45,358 nt of DNA, from positions 1-45,358 of the forward strand of contig CAWEDJ010000100.1 of NCBI GenBank assembly GCA_963807635.1, read 5' to 3'. Under the pieces are notes generated by a model. The model was not told the DNA's origin. It did no database searches and saw only the letters and a program-made list of their open reading frames with translations. Below, one piece after another: positions 20,977 through 31,534 of the stretch. The DNA is from an uncultured cyanobacterium (GTDB taxonomy: Bacteria; Cyanobacteriota; Cyanobacteriia; Cyanobacteriales; Microcystaceae). Both the position numbers and the translations under genes were made by a program. Numbering within the stretch: position 1 is the stretch's first letter; each line of letters starts with the position of its first letter.

Positions 20977-22825
20977 ATGAAAAAACAATTATGGCAGCTC
21001 GTTAAAGCAATGCCTGCGGTTCTGGGGACTTCCTTTTTGGTTGCCCAAGGCGCGATCGCGGCTCCCGATTCAACAACAGAAGCAAAAACCCCTGCGGCAG
21101 GATCAATCCGTAACGCCTATGGTGGCAATGCCCCAGTTAGCAACTTCTGCGGACGGATTAGACCTAGTCCGTCGTCGTCAGCAATTAAAGAAATTTAACG
21201 ATAACAGCAGTGATGCGGGAATGTCCCAGGTCACCAGTGTTTCTGAATTGCGGGATGTGCAACCCACCGAGTGGGCCTACGAAGCACTCAAAAGTTTAGT
21301 TGAACGTTACGGTTGTATCGTTGGCTATCCTGATCGGACTTTCCGAGGCAATCGTGCCTTGTCTCGCTGGGAATTTGCGGCGGGTTTAAATGCTTGTATG
21401 AACGTCATGGAACGTTTACTTCAGGAAAATGTCGCCGTTATCCGCGAAGATATCGACAAACTTAAGGCACTGGCGCAACAGTTTGAACAAGAATTAGCCG
21501 CCTTGGGTGCAAGAGTTGATAACTTAGAAACCCGTACATCTTTCCTAGAAGACCACCAATTCTCCACAACAACTAAATTAAACGGAGTCGCCGTTGTTGC
21601 GGTCGTTGATCAGTTTGGAGGGGATAAAGCCCTAAATTGGCGGCAACAAAACGCTTTTGACAATAACCAACGATTAACTAATGGGGGAACTTCTTTAGCG
21701 AATCCCACCAGAACTCGCCCCGCTCAAGGAACAACCCCTGTGGAAGAGAATGCCACAATGGGCTATCGGGTTCGCTTGAACTTTGATACCAGCTTTACGG
21801 GCAAGGATTTACTCAGAACTCGACTAGAATCGGGCAATATTCCCAACTTAAATGGCCCGACTGGCACTAATAATGCTCGTTTATCCTTTGATGGTTCTCG
21901 CGAAAATCAAACCTATATCAATAAACTGTTTTACCGTACTGGTATCGGTAGCAACATGACCGCTTGGGTTGGTGCTTATGGTTTAGATTTAGACGATGTT
22001 TTCAACGTTTACAATCCTATTTTGGCTAGTGGCGACACAGGGACTCTATCTCGCTTTAACCGCTTTAATCCCTTGCTGTACCGCGCACAAACGGGTGCTG
22101 GTGGTGCGTTCAAATATAACTTTAGTAAAGAAATTTCTGCAACCGTTGCCTACTTAGCGGGTGGCGATCGCGCAGGAGATCCAACTAATGGTAGTGGCTT
22201 CTTCAACGGAGAATTTGCAACAGGCGCACAACTAGACTGGAAAATTACCGATTCTTTGGGAATTGGTGCAACCTTCCTCCATGCCTATTTCCGTGGCCCT
22301 TCGGCAAATGACTATCCCTACAACAATAATCAATCCGTCAATATCACCAACAGTACGGGTAGTGCAGTTGCCAGCGATCCTTTTTACGGTGCGCCAACGA
22401 CCCGCGATAGTTATGGTCTTTCAGGAAATTGGAGAATTACTGACACGATCAACCTGTCAGCAACAGGAGCCTATGCTTCTGCCTCTGCTCAGGGTTTAGA
22501 TAAAAACGGATTCAACCGTTCTGGCTATGGTGCTGATCTCTGGACTTGGAATGCGGGTCTTTCCTTCCTCGATTTAGGAAAAGAAGGTGCGGTTCTGTCG
22601 GTCGCGGGTGGTTTGATTCCCCAGGCAACCAATGTTACCAATCGTCCTGGCGATCCCATTAACCAAGACTTGGATGCGACTTATTTGATTGAAACTCAAT
22701 ATAAGTTCCCCATTAACAAAAATATTCTCATAACCCCAGGTGTCTACGTGGTTCTTAATCCTCAAGGAAATAGCAATAACTCTGCTATTTGGGTTGGCGT
22801 ATTACGGACAACCTTCACTTTCTAA
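20977..22825 (+). CDS. Cyanobacterial outer-membrane porin (signal peptide - SLH - coiled coil - OprB-like barrel), frameshifted near 21100
   Basis: The signal peptide MKKQLWQLVKAMPAVLGTSFLVAQGAIA is in one frame. QVTSVSELRDVQPTEWAYEALKSLVERYGCIVGYPD, QFSTTTKL and the terminal LRTTFTF are in the next. Confidence 0.92.
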
Positions 22826-22848
22826 TCAATACGAAGGTTAAAATAATC

Positions 22849-22887
22849 AGAGGGAATAAGCTGAAATAAGCTATTCTCTCTTTTTTT
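22849..22887 (+). terminator. Intrinsic terminator after the porin gene
   Basis: AGAGGGAATA...TATTCTCTCT hairpin followed by a T run. Confidence 0.65.
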
Positions 22888-22907
22888 ATGGCTATTTTAG
22901 AAATTAA

Positions 22908-22940
22908 TAAAAAAAATCCTCCCATTGAGGAGGAAATTTT
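22908..22940 (-). terminator. Intrinsic terminator candidate for the convergent gene
   Basis: TCCTCC-CATTGA-GGAGGA hairpin preceded by an A run (a U tail on the minus strand). Confidence 0.5.
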
Positions 22941-22970
22941 CTGTTCTTGAAGGAAAAAACTTGAACAAGA

Positions 22971-23480
22971 CTAATTTAACTGGCAAGAGTCTCGATAGCA
23001 CCACCGTAAAAGAGTGATACCAGTGACAATTTTTAGAATTTCCAGTAGCCAATAGCTCCATTGCAAGGAAATCATGTCCGTCGGCATGGTATGCACTCCA
23101 TTAAAAAGGTTCATCTCAAAACCAAATCCACTGAGGGCGGGAGTCAATCCGTAGGTATAAATGAGAGCGATCGCCAAAAGTAAACTGGATAAAACAATTG
23201 ACCAGCGTTCTTGTAAATGGGGTAGGGAATGATTGCGATTAAAAATCAAGAAGCCAGACAAAATCAAGGCGGCACACAATAATTCAAGATGGTTAAACAG
23301 ACCAAACAGCAGATAACCTGCGGTAACAAAGCCGCTCTGTTCCATCATGCCGGAAGCAAGCAAACTGGGAATAATCAGAATATCAATCACTAAACTCGCA
23401 CTAATCCAAAACCCTAAAGTGAACATCACTAGAGTTGTCCAACTGAGGGACTGAATGGAATTTTTCGACACACTATTCAT
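22971..23480 (-). CDS. Four-TM membrane protein (DUF4149-like)
   Basis: Four hydrophobic segments with the motifs GFWISASLVID, GMM..SGF..AGY.LF..FN and YWLLEILK. Confidence 0.7.
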   Translation of the reverse strand: MNSVSKNSIQSLSWTTLVMFTLGFWISASLVIDILIIPSLLASGMMEQSGFVTAGYLLFGLFNHLELLCAALILSGFLIFNRNHSLPHLQERWSIVLSSLLLAIALIYTYGLTPALSGFGFEMNLFNGVHTMPTDMISLQWSYWLLEILKIVTGITLLRWCYRDSCQLN

Positions 23481-23621
23481 AGGAATCCTCTTATCTCTAT
23501 CCTATACTTCTCTATTATTTAGGATGTTTAGGCGAGGCAACAGAAAGAGAGGGATTTCGACACGTAAATTTACATTAAACGACAAAATCAGTAAAAAAAG
23601 TTTATATTTTGGAATCATGAA

Positions 23622-24218
23622 TTACCAAAAATCTGTGACCTGATAACCCAATTGCGAGATCATTTTCCGCAGTAGGGGAAGACTCAAGCCGATGACATTA
23701 GTGTGGCAGCCGTCTATTTTTTCGATAAAAAGTCCCCCTTTTCCTTCGATCGCAAAGGCTCCTGCACATTGGAGCGGTTCCTGGCTCTCGACATAAGCTT
23801 TAATTGTTAAATCATCAATATCAGCAAAATGAACTTGAGTAATCCCACAACGGCTAATTATTTTATCTTGGGTTTGATCGATCAAAACATGACCCGTATA
23901 TAAAAAACCGATCTGACCCCGCATCACTTGCCAACGAGCGATCGCAATTTCCGCCGATTCAGGTTTACCGTAGGATTCGCCATTAACGACTAATAGGGAA
24001 TCACAGCCGAGAATGAGAGATTGCTCTAACTGAGCCGCAACGGTTTCTGCCTTAGAGCGAGCGAGGGCTTCCACCAAGGCAACGATGTCAGTGAAATGAA
24101 TTTGGGATTCATCAAAATCACTCGGTTGCACAATGGGCTGGATTCCCACCGTTTCTAATAATCTGCGGCGGGCGGGAGAGGCAGAAGCGAGAACAAAGGG
24201 CGGAATCATGGAGGACAA
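23622..24218 (-). CDS. maf: Maf-family nucleotide pyrophosphatase
   Basis: [34 protein letters not shown] and NVIGLSL. The ATG at 24209 is an alternative start. Confidence 0.93.
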   Translation of the reverse strand: MSSMIPPFVLASASPARRRLLETVGIQPIVQPSDFDESQIHFTDIVALVEALARSKAETVAAQLEQSLILGCDSLLVVNGESYGKPESAEIAIARWQVMRGQIGFLYTGHVLIDQTQDKIISRCGITQVHFADIDDLTIKAYVESQEPLQCAGAFAIEGKGGLFIEKIDGCHTNVIGLSLPLLRKMISQLGYQVTDFW

Positions 24219-24225
24219 TTAGGAA

Positions 24226-24786
24226 TTAAAAAACGGTGAAAGATTGAGCAGAGGTTTCAAATAAGCTTTTAACCTTATCCCAATTTTTTTCGGGAGTGGA
24301 AAGGTTAAAGGTGACTAATTTCCCCCGATTGACGGTGACACTGGCGAGATCATGACGTTCTTGATTATTCGGTAATTTAACCAGATATTCCAAGACGTAG
24401 TAAATCTTTCCGTCATTTTCGTGTTGATCTGCACTCAGTAATTCTGCTTGGCGATCGCTATTAGGATCATCATTAATTTTTTTGAGAAATCTGACTCCCA
24501 CTTCGCTGGGGGTTCCGAGTTCCGTTAGGGTTTTATTTTTGGTGACATCGCTGATGATTACGCTTAAATTCTCAGTCGTTTCAATCAAATCTCGAAAAAC
24601 CACATCGACCCCTGCCGAGGCATTTTTAACATCCACAGGAACCCAACCATTGGGATATAAAAATTGATAGCCATCGCCCGAATCTAGATAACGTTGCAAG
24701 CCACCGACTCCGATACTACAAGCCGTTAAACTAAACGTTGCGATCGCTAATAGGGTAATTAATAGGGATTTTAAGATTATTTTCAT
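24226..24786 (-). CDS. psbP: Photosystem II lipoprotein CyanoP (PsbP family)
   Basis: Lipobox LTAC, DGYQFLYPNGW, DVVFRDLIE and ENLSVII. Probable ATG at 24786. Confidence 0.9.
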   Translation of the reverse strand: MKIILKSLLITLLAIATFSLTACSIGVGGLQRYLDSGDGYQFLYPNGWVPVDVKNASAGVDVVFRDLIETTENLSVIISDVTKNKTLTELGTPSEVGVRFLKKINDDPNSDRQAELLSADQHENDGKIYYVLEYLVKLPNNQERHDLASVTVNRGKLVTFNLSTPEKNWDKVKSLFETSAQSFTVF

Positions 24787-24966
24787 AAATAAAGACGGGA
24801 GAACTGGAGTCAATTTCTAGAATATCACAAAAATATAACCGATAAAATAGCAGTAGCGACATAATATTTTATGTCCTTCTCTTGTGTACTTACTCTTAAT
24901 GATATTAAAGGTAAAATCCCGTATTTTAACTTTACTTAAAAATAATAAAAACTCTCCCATTTTGAA

Positions 24967-26802
24967 TTAATAACCCCTCGGTGTAATGACAAATCCTCCT
25001 TGATAATAGGTTGTAGAATTGCCAATTAAAATAACCGTTAACATATCAATGGGAAAATCTAACATCTTTTCTAAGGTTGTTATTGTGATCTTTTCATCGG
25101 GACGATAAACAGAACGAATCAAAACGACAGGAGTTTGGGGATCTCGATTTTCCAGAAAAATTCTTTGAGCTGTTTCAATTAATTCCGTTCGTTTTTGCGA
25201 TTTTGGATTATAAATCGCGGTTACAAAATCTGCTTGAGCAACGCCTAATAATCGCTTTTCAATGAGGGCTTTGGGCGTTAATAAATCACTTAAGCTAATC
25301 GCACAAAAATCGTGCATTAAGGGCGCACCCACTTTAGCCGCCGCCGCTTGTAGGGCAGAAATGCCAGGAAATACTTCAACGGTTGGCTGATTGTCTTTTT
25401 GCTCAGATTTTTGTAATTCTTCTAAGACTAAACCTCCCATACCATAAATACCACAATCGCCTGAAGAAATAACAGCAACTTTGAGTCCCCATTGAGCTAA
25501 TTCTATGGCTCTTTTGGCCCGTTGACGCTCCTGGGTGATGGGAAAGGATTCAACGATTTGCCCTGGTCGTTTTAACGGTTCAATTAAATCCAAATAAAGA
25601 GAATAACCAATAATCACATCGGCTTGACTAATCGCTGTTTTTGCCGCAGTGGTCATTTGTTCTAAGGCTCCTGGCCCAGTACCAATTAACCATAATGATC
25701 CTGTTTTATCTAGATATTCCACCGCAGATTGGGCGATCGCGATCGTCACGGCCTCTTCTTGACTTTTAATAATTTGTTTAGTCACTAAAAGTTGGGTTTC
25801 ACCGTATTTTTTAGCGGCACAAAGGGCCGATGCTTCAGCGACACTAGCAGTCCCGACTTCTTCATAAACTACTTCGGAGGGAGTAGGAACAATTTCTTGA
25901 TTTAGAATCTCTGAAGTAAAGGTTTTTAGGGATAAATGATGGATTTGGCAATACGCTAATAATCCAATTTCATCCGCCTTGATATCAATGGTTGCTAGGC
26001 CCGCGATCGCGTCTTGGGATAAGTGTTGTTGTTGAAAAACTTGGGTGATAGCGTTACTGATAAATTCCTGGGACGTACCGCGAATACAACCAATTCCCAC
26101 CCAGAGAACACGGGGATGCCATTGCACTTTCGGAAAATCAGATTGGGTTGCAAAATTTCTTTGCGTCGCACTAATCCAAATTCTGGCTTGAGGTTGCAGT
26201 TCCGAGGGATCAAAACTAAAGGGATGATCGGCGGATAACTGTTTTTGCCAGAATAAGCTTCCTGCGTCTTGAATCACTTGGATTTTTTCTTTTCGAGCCA
26301 AAACCGCACTAACCCCTGTCCAATCTCCTGCTCCTTTTCTCCAGCCAAAAGGTGTTCCTAAAAGATCAATGGCAGGTAAATTCAAGTCATTAGCGGCTCC
26401 CGTTAAAATCGGCGTTGCATCGAATTGAGTAGCAATTAAACGAGTTAACTGGTCGGCTCCTCCTTGATGACCACCGCATAAACTAATCACAAATTTCCCA
26501 TGGGGATCAATGACTAATATAGCGGGATCAGTGGCTTTATCCTGCAACAAAGGTGCAATTAAACGAACAACCGCCCCTGTTGCCAAACCAAAAATCAAGG
26601 CTTTGTGCTGTTCCCAAATTTGACTTAAATAATCTTTTAAATTGCCTGAATAGAACGTTGCATTTTCTATCCCAGATAAACTTTCAGGCACATATAAAGT
26701 CGCGCCCATACTTTGACAAAGGGGAGCAAGGGTCAGAGCCGCCTGGGGAGTCGTTGCGATCGCGGCAAGGGGAAAATAGGGAGCAAAAACAGATGAAGTC
26801 AA
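24967..26802 (-). CDS. cobJ: CbiG-CbiH fusion, precorrin-3B C17-methyltransferase; start approximate
   Basis: CbiG part: LATGAVVRLIAP, DKATDPA, GGHQGGAD and SVAEASAL. Methyltransferase part: GTGPG, SSGDCGIYGM, HDFCAISLSDLLTP and ITPRGY. Confidence 0.92.
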   Translation of the reverse strand: MTSSVFAPYFPLAAIATTPQAALTLAPLCQSMGATLYVPESLSGIENATFYSGNLKDYLSQIWEQHKALIFGLATGAVVRLIAPLLQDKATDPAILVIDPHGKFVISLCGGHQGGADQLTRLIATQFDATPILTGAANDLNLPAIDLLGTPFGWRKGAGDWTGVSAVLARKEKIQVIQDAGSLFWQKQLSADHPFSFDPSELQPQARIWISATQRNFATQSDFPKVQWHPRVLWVGIGCIRGTSQEFISNAITQVFQQQHLSQDAIAGLATIDIKADEIGLLAYCQIHHLSLKTFTSEILNQEIVPTPSEVVYEEVGTASVAEASALCAAKKYGETQLLVTKQIIKSQEEAVTIAIAQSAVEYLDKTGSLWLIGTGPGALEQMTTAAKTAISQADVIIGYSLYLDLIEPLKRPGQIVESFPITQERQRAKRAIELAQWGLKVAVISSGDCGIYGMGGLVLEELQKSEQKDNQPTVEVFPGISALQAAAAKVGAPLMHDFCAISLSDLLTPKALIEKRLLGVAQADFVTAIYNPKSQKRTELIETAQRIFLENRDPQTPVVLIRSVYRPDEKITITTLEKMLDFPIDMLTVILIGNSTTYYQGGFVITPRGY

Positions 26803-26855
26803 AATTAGCGCATGATGAAGGGGTCTATCTCCAATTATCTCATTTCTCACCCTTC

Positions 26856-29091
26856 CTAACGGGACGATTCTACGGCGATCGCTACAATCCGCCATTGATC
26901 ATTTTGACGAATGAGTTGATAACGCACTAATAAATCGTCATTTTGCAATTTAGTTGGCTTGGCATTAGAGTTGTCCTTGTAATACTTCGTTACTTCCTGA
27001 ACTCTCGCTTGAATGGTTGCTCGATTCGGATTATTAGGGTCAAATTTCAGGGATTTAATCTCAACCTTGTGGTCATACTGACGATAAATACCTCTTTGTT
27101 TGTCCCGCGCCGCTCGAACCTGCCATTGGGATAAAAGGGGTTCTGCTAAAATAGTTGATAGGGCCGCAATGTCATGATCTTGACCAAAAGCCTTTGATTT
27201 GCTCGATAACCAGCCCTCAATGACCCCAGAAGCCACATCATTAGTTAACTCTCCCTTGGGGATTAGATGGGCCGTCGCAGAAGCCGTACTAGGAAATTCA
27301 AGGGGAGCTTGGTTTAACTGAATATTTAATTGATCCCCTTGCAAGGCATTTAAAGGCGATCGCATGGATTGAATTCCAAAAATTCCCAATCCCAGGATGA
27401 CCAAACCCGACAAAACGACGGTTCCAAGGCGCACAGGATTAATGACCGTTTTGCGTTTACGCTTTCTTTTTCTACGGGGTTCGGGGTCTTTTTGCTCAGT
27501 TAAATCCAGTGGATCGGCGGTAAGAGGGGGAAATTTTGGGGTAAGAAGAGACTCTGCGGGGTTAGGCCAATAACCTTCAACCGAGGAAACCATATCGCCG
27601 TCAGCCACGTCACCCAGAGGAATAAGCGTCGCCGTACCCGTTTTTCCATTAGATTCTGAAGCATGACGGGCAGACCGAGAACGACGAAAATCAGCACGCC
27701 GTTTTCGGGGCGGGACATCTTCACTTTGCGTATTGTGATATTCTGCTAGATTTCTAGCCATGGGAGATTCCAACTCTGTGGGGGGATGCACGGAAAAATA
27801 GGGTGTGGGAGCATCGGGGGAGAGAGTTTCTAAATAGATCTGGACATCCGCATCGGAAAAATAGTCTTCTAGGGAGACTGTTTGGCCAGATAGATCTCGA
27901 AAATGGGGAAAAATCTCAGTCTGTAACCAACTTTCTCCATAGGAACAAAGTCCAGGCAGGAGATCGGGAGAACCCTGCGATCGCTGTTGAATAAAATCGA
28001 GAGCTTTGTGATCCTGACTTTTTTCGAGAGATTGATTAGCTAATTGGGTCTGTCCTAATAATAAAGCACAAATTGCCTCTTCAAGTCCAGTATCCTGACG
28101 ATTTTTAAATTTATTTAACAAACTTTGGCACTGGACGAGGTAACTTGGTTTTCTTTGGGAAAAACCTTTAGCGATCAGGGCGTAACTAGCCAAATAGCTG
28201 GCGGCGACGAGAAGGCCGTTCGGATTCTTCAACAAACAAAGAGAGTTGTTCATCCACCGTGAGATGATTCCGCAATTGTTGAACAAAACGCAGAAAGTCA
28301 TCAGTTCCTAACCCAGACCGATCATTCCCCCGACCTTCAATGCCCCGACGATCCTGGATCATTTCTTTGAGAAGTTGTAATCCCTGGTCGCGATCGCTAT
28401 TGTCATCCTGGCTCAAGGTTAACTTTTCCAGAATACGGTAGGGACGTAGACGATAAAGTTCATTGCGGATTTCCTGTTGAATAGTGGGATGAAGATTTTC
28501 TTCCTGCAACCAGGCTAGAGCCTTGACCCCAAAAAAAGAAGCCCTTTCATAATTCTGGTTTTGCCACTGTTCTCGACTTAATTCCAAATTAGCCAAAGCA
28601 ATGGTTAGGACTAAATCCTGACGACTGGTGGAAAATACCCTCGGATCATCGCAATTTCGTAGCGCCAACTCTCCATACTGACCAATCAGTTCGTATTCCC
28701 CTAATTCTTGAAAAATCAGTAAGGCTCCTATTAATTGAGGATCACTAATTTCGATCCAGGGGGATTGGGGGTCTAGGTCATCATTCTCAGCCGATGAATC
28801 AATTTCTTCATTACTATCTTCCGATGGGACAGATTCAGCTTGCTCTGGTGTCTCATTTTCAGCCCTTCCCCACCATTTTTGGGTATATTCTGCTCTTTGC
28901 TCTGCATCCGATAAAATACTGTAGGCTCTGTCTAATAATTCTTTCCGAGAGGCGATCGCCACCTCACTGTACTCACGACGGGGTAACTGAACTAATCGAT
29001 CTTGATAGGCTTGAGAAATCTGTTCCTCTGTTACCTGCAAAGGAATTCCTAAAATCCTATAATAATCGAGCGGGATTCGCACAGTGGACAT
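26856..29091 (-). CDS. ftn2: Cell-division protein Ftn2/ZipN (ARC6 homologue; J-domain, TM, DUF4101/IMS domain), frameshifted near 28210
   Basis: VRIPLDYYRILG, QAYQDRLVQLPRREYS, LRPYRILE, FLRFVQQLR, DLLPGLCSYGESWL and a C-terminal W..SKSKAFG..HD domain. Confidence 0.9.
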
Positions 29092-29412
29092 CCTCAAAAC
29101 AGCATTAGGGAGACGACGCTTAGCTCTACTATGGTAAAACCATTTCCCGATAGTTGCCCATGAGCCAAGACTCCTATCAATTAAGATAAATAGCATTTAA
29201 GATTTATAACATTAATTTTAAGATTATTGTGTGAATTTCCCAGGATTTTTAATTTGGCGCAATTTTGACGTAAAGATTGACAATCTGCACGGGAATGTCT
29301 CCCGTTCTTCCTAAAAAAATTAAGCAAAGATTTTCTTGGCTCGATCCAGTTAGCTGATAAATCTGAGATAATTCTTAACAACCTAATCTATTTTTACAGA
29401 GCTACAGACGTT

Positions 29413-30448
29413 ATGGTTGCTGAACGTATCCTACCCGAATTCAATACCGCGAGTATTTCCATGTCAAAGGAAAAGGGTCTTCTACTCTACGAAGACATGG
29501 TCTTAGGACGCTTATTCGAAGATAAATGCGCCGAAATGTACTACCGAGGAAAAATGTTCGGTTTTGTCCATCTTTACAACGGACAAGAGGCTGTTTCTAC
29601 GGGAATTATTCGGGCCATGCGGCGGGATCAGGATTATGTTTGCAGTACCTATCGGGATCACGTCCATGCTCTCAGTGCTGGAGTCCCCGCTAAGGAAGTG
29701 ATGGCTGAATTATTTGGGAAAGCAACGGGCTGTAGTAAGGGCAAAGGCGGATCGATGCACCTTTTTTCCGAACCCCATAAATTATTAGGAGGCTTTGCTT
29801 TTATTGGCGAGGGAATTCCTGTGGCGATGGGAGCGGCGTTCCAAAGTAAATATCGTCGCGATGCCCTGGGGGATGCTTCCTCTGATTCCGTGACAGCTTG
29901 TTTTTTTGGCGATGGAACCAGTAATAACGGTCAGTTTTTTGAGTGTCTAAATATGGCGGCTCTCTGGAAACTCCCTATTTTGTTTGTGGTTGAAAATAAT
30001 AAATGGGCGATCGAGCATGGCCCACGAAAGGGCAACTTCTCAGCCTGAAATTTATAAAAAAGCAGAAGTTTTTAATATGGTCGGGGTAGAAGTGGATGGA
30101 ATGGATCTATTAGCGGTTCATTCCGTTGCCGAAGAAGCCGTTGCTCGTGCCAGGGCAGGAGAAGGGCCAACTTTGATCGAAGCTTTGACCTATCGTTTCC
30201 GAGGACATTCCCTCGCCGATCCCGACGAACTGCGATCGCCTGACGAGAAACAATTCTGGGGAGCGCGTGATCCCATTCAAAAATTTGCGGCCTATTTAAC
30301 GGAATATAATTTGGTTTCCTCGGAAGAACTCAAGGAAGTTGATAAAAAGGTACAAGCCATTATTGATGAAGCAGTGAAATTTGCCGAAAGTAGCCCAGAA
30401 CCCGATCCGAGTGAACTCTATCGCTTTGTTTTTGCGGAAGATGAATAG
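29413..30448 (+). CDS. pdhA: Pyruvate dehydrogenase E1 alpha subunit, frameshifted near 30014
   Basis: [33 protein letters not shown] and [12 protein letters not shown]. One extra A breaks WAIGMAHER. Confidence 0.96.
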
Positions 30449-30486
30449 TTTACTCCGATGAATCTTGTCAAACTGGGATAAATTAA

Positions 30487-30510
30487 GGGCGTATCGCAAT
30501 GCGCCCCTAC
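30487..30510 (-). repeat. GTAG-family REP palindrome overlapping the stop codon of the adjacent gene
   Basis: GGGCGTATCGCAATGCGCCCCTAC, the same family as 18692-18756. A truncated copy, GCCCCTACGGA, is at 30902-30912. Confidence 0.7.
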
Positions 30511-30821
30511 GGAGCGTTTAAAAATTTGCGGATGTGATGTTCTTTGGCTTCCGTCATTTCGTAGGAGTCTTGTCCCATGCTTGCTTTGAAAATTTCTTCG
30601 GTTTGGGCTAATAGTTCGGGCGCGATCGCCTTCCACTGTTCACGGGTCTGCCAACGAATGACGACAATGAGTTCATCGGCAATATCAGGATTAATCCAAA
30701 TTTCTTTGCTCAAAAATCCTGATTGAGTTGCCAAAGCCTTTGTCCAAATTGCCTGATCCTGTTCAATAAATTTTTCCCGAACCTCTGGTTGAACACGGAA
30801 CTTGAGCCATTCAATAACCAT
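30507..30821 (-). CDS. TIGR03792-family protein (ABM-like dimeric alpha/beta barrel)
   Basis: MVIEWLKFRV...REKFIEQDQAIWT.AL...GFL.KE.W...IRW.TREQWK.I. Confidence 0.8.
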   Translation of the reverse strand: MVIEWLKFRVQPEVREKFIEQDQAIWTKALATQSGFLSKEIWINPDIADELIVVIRWQTREQWKAIAPELLAQTEEIFKASMGQDSYEMTEAKEHHIRKFLNAP

Positions 30822-30912
30822 AATTTATTGTTTGTGTTGCATTAGATTTGATGAGCATCAATATTAAGTCTTGATAAGTCTTACCCAAAAAGCAGAAAAT
30901 TGCCCCTACGGA

Positions 30913-31278
30913 CTAGGGGGATTGCTTAAGCAAAAAATTGGAAAATTCGATTAACTCGCTAAGAGATGAAGAAATACGCTTCACTTTGGGAGCCTTACCT
31001 TTGCGGAGAGAAGATTCAAAAAAAGCAAGATCTGTTTTTAATAATCGCAAATTTCGGTGCATTTCTGTTTGCAAGCCCACCCAAATACTCGCAAACGAAA
31101 GGTGTTCGACGCTTTCCAGGGAAATAGGCAAAATTTCTTCAGTAAATTGTTGCTCTATTTCATGAAATTGCTGTTTGACGGCTTCACCATCGGGTTGGGG
31201 AAGAAGTACCGCATCCTCTAGACTTTCGAGGCGATTGAGAAATTGTTGAATTAATTCCCTATGTAGTTTAGGCGACAT
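30913..31278 (-). CDS. patD: PatD-family protein
   Basis: QQF.EEI and QTEMHRNLRLLKTD motifs, about 120 aa, divergently transcribed from rel/spoT as I recall for cyanobacterial patD. Confidence 0.7.
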   Translation of the reverse strand: MSPKLHRELIQQFLNRLESLEDAVLLPQPDGEAVKQQFHEIEQQFTEEILPISLESVEHLSFASIWVGLQTEMHRNLRLLKTDLAFFESSLRKGKAPKVKRISSSLSELIEFSNFLLKQSP

Positions 31279-31534
31279 TGATCAGTTAATTATGCTACAG
31301 TATTACCTATAGTAAAGTATTTTTATTGCCATTGCCGTTGCGGGCTTATTTAAGAAATTATTAAGATAGAATACCCTCTTTGGACGAGTCTTGTTAAATA
31401 ATGTTAGAACATAGACTGAATCCAGTTAAGCTTGAAGATTTTTGTGTTTGCAAAATTCTTTGAACGGGTTTTCTGCATCAAATTTATTTTTCTCCGCGAT
31501 CGCCTTTCCTTCATTACTTTTTTTATTCAATGCC

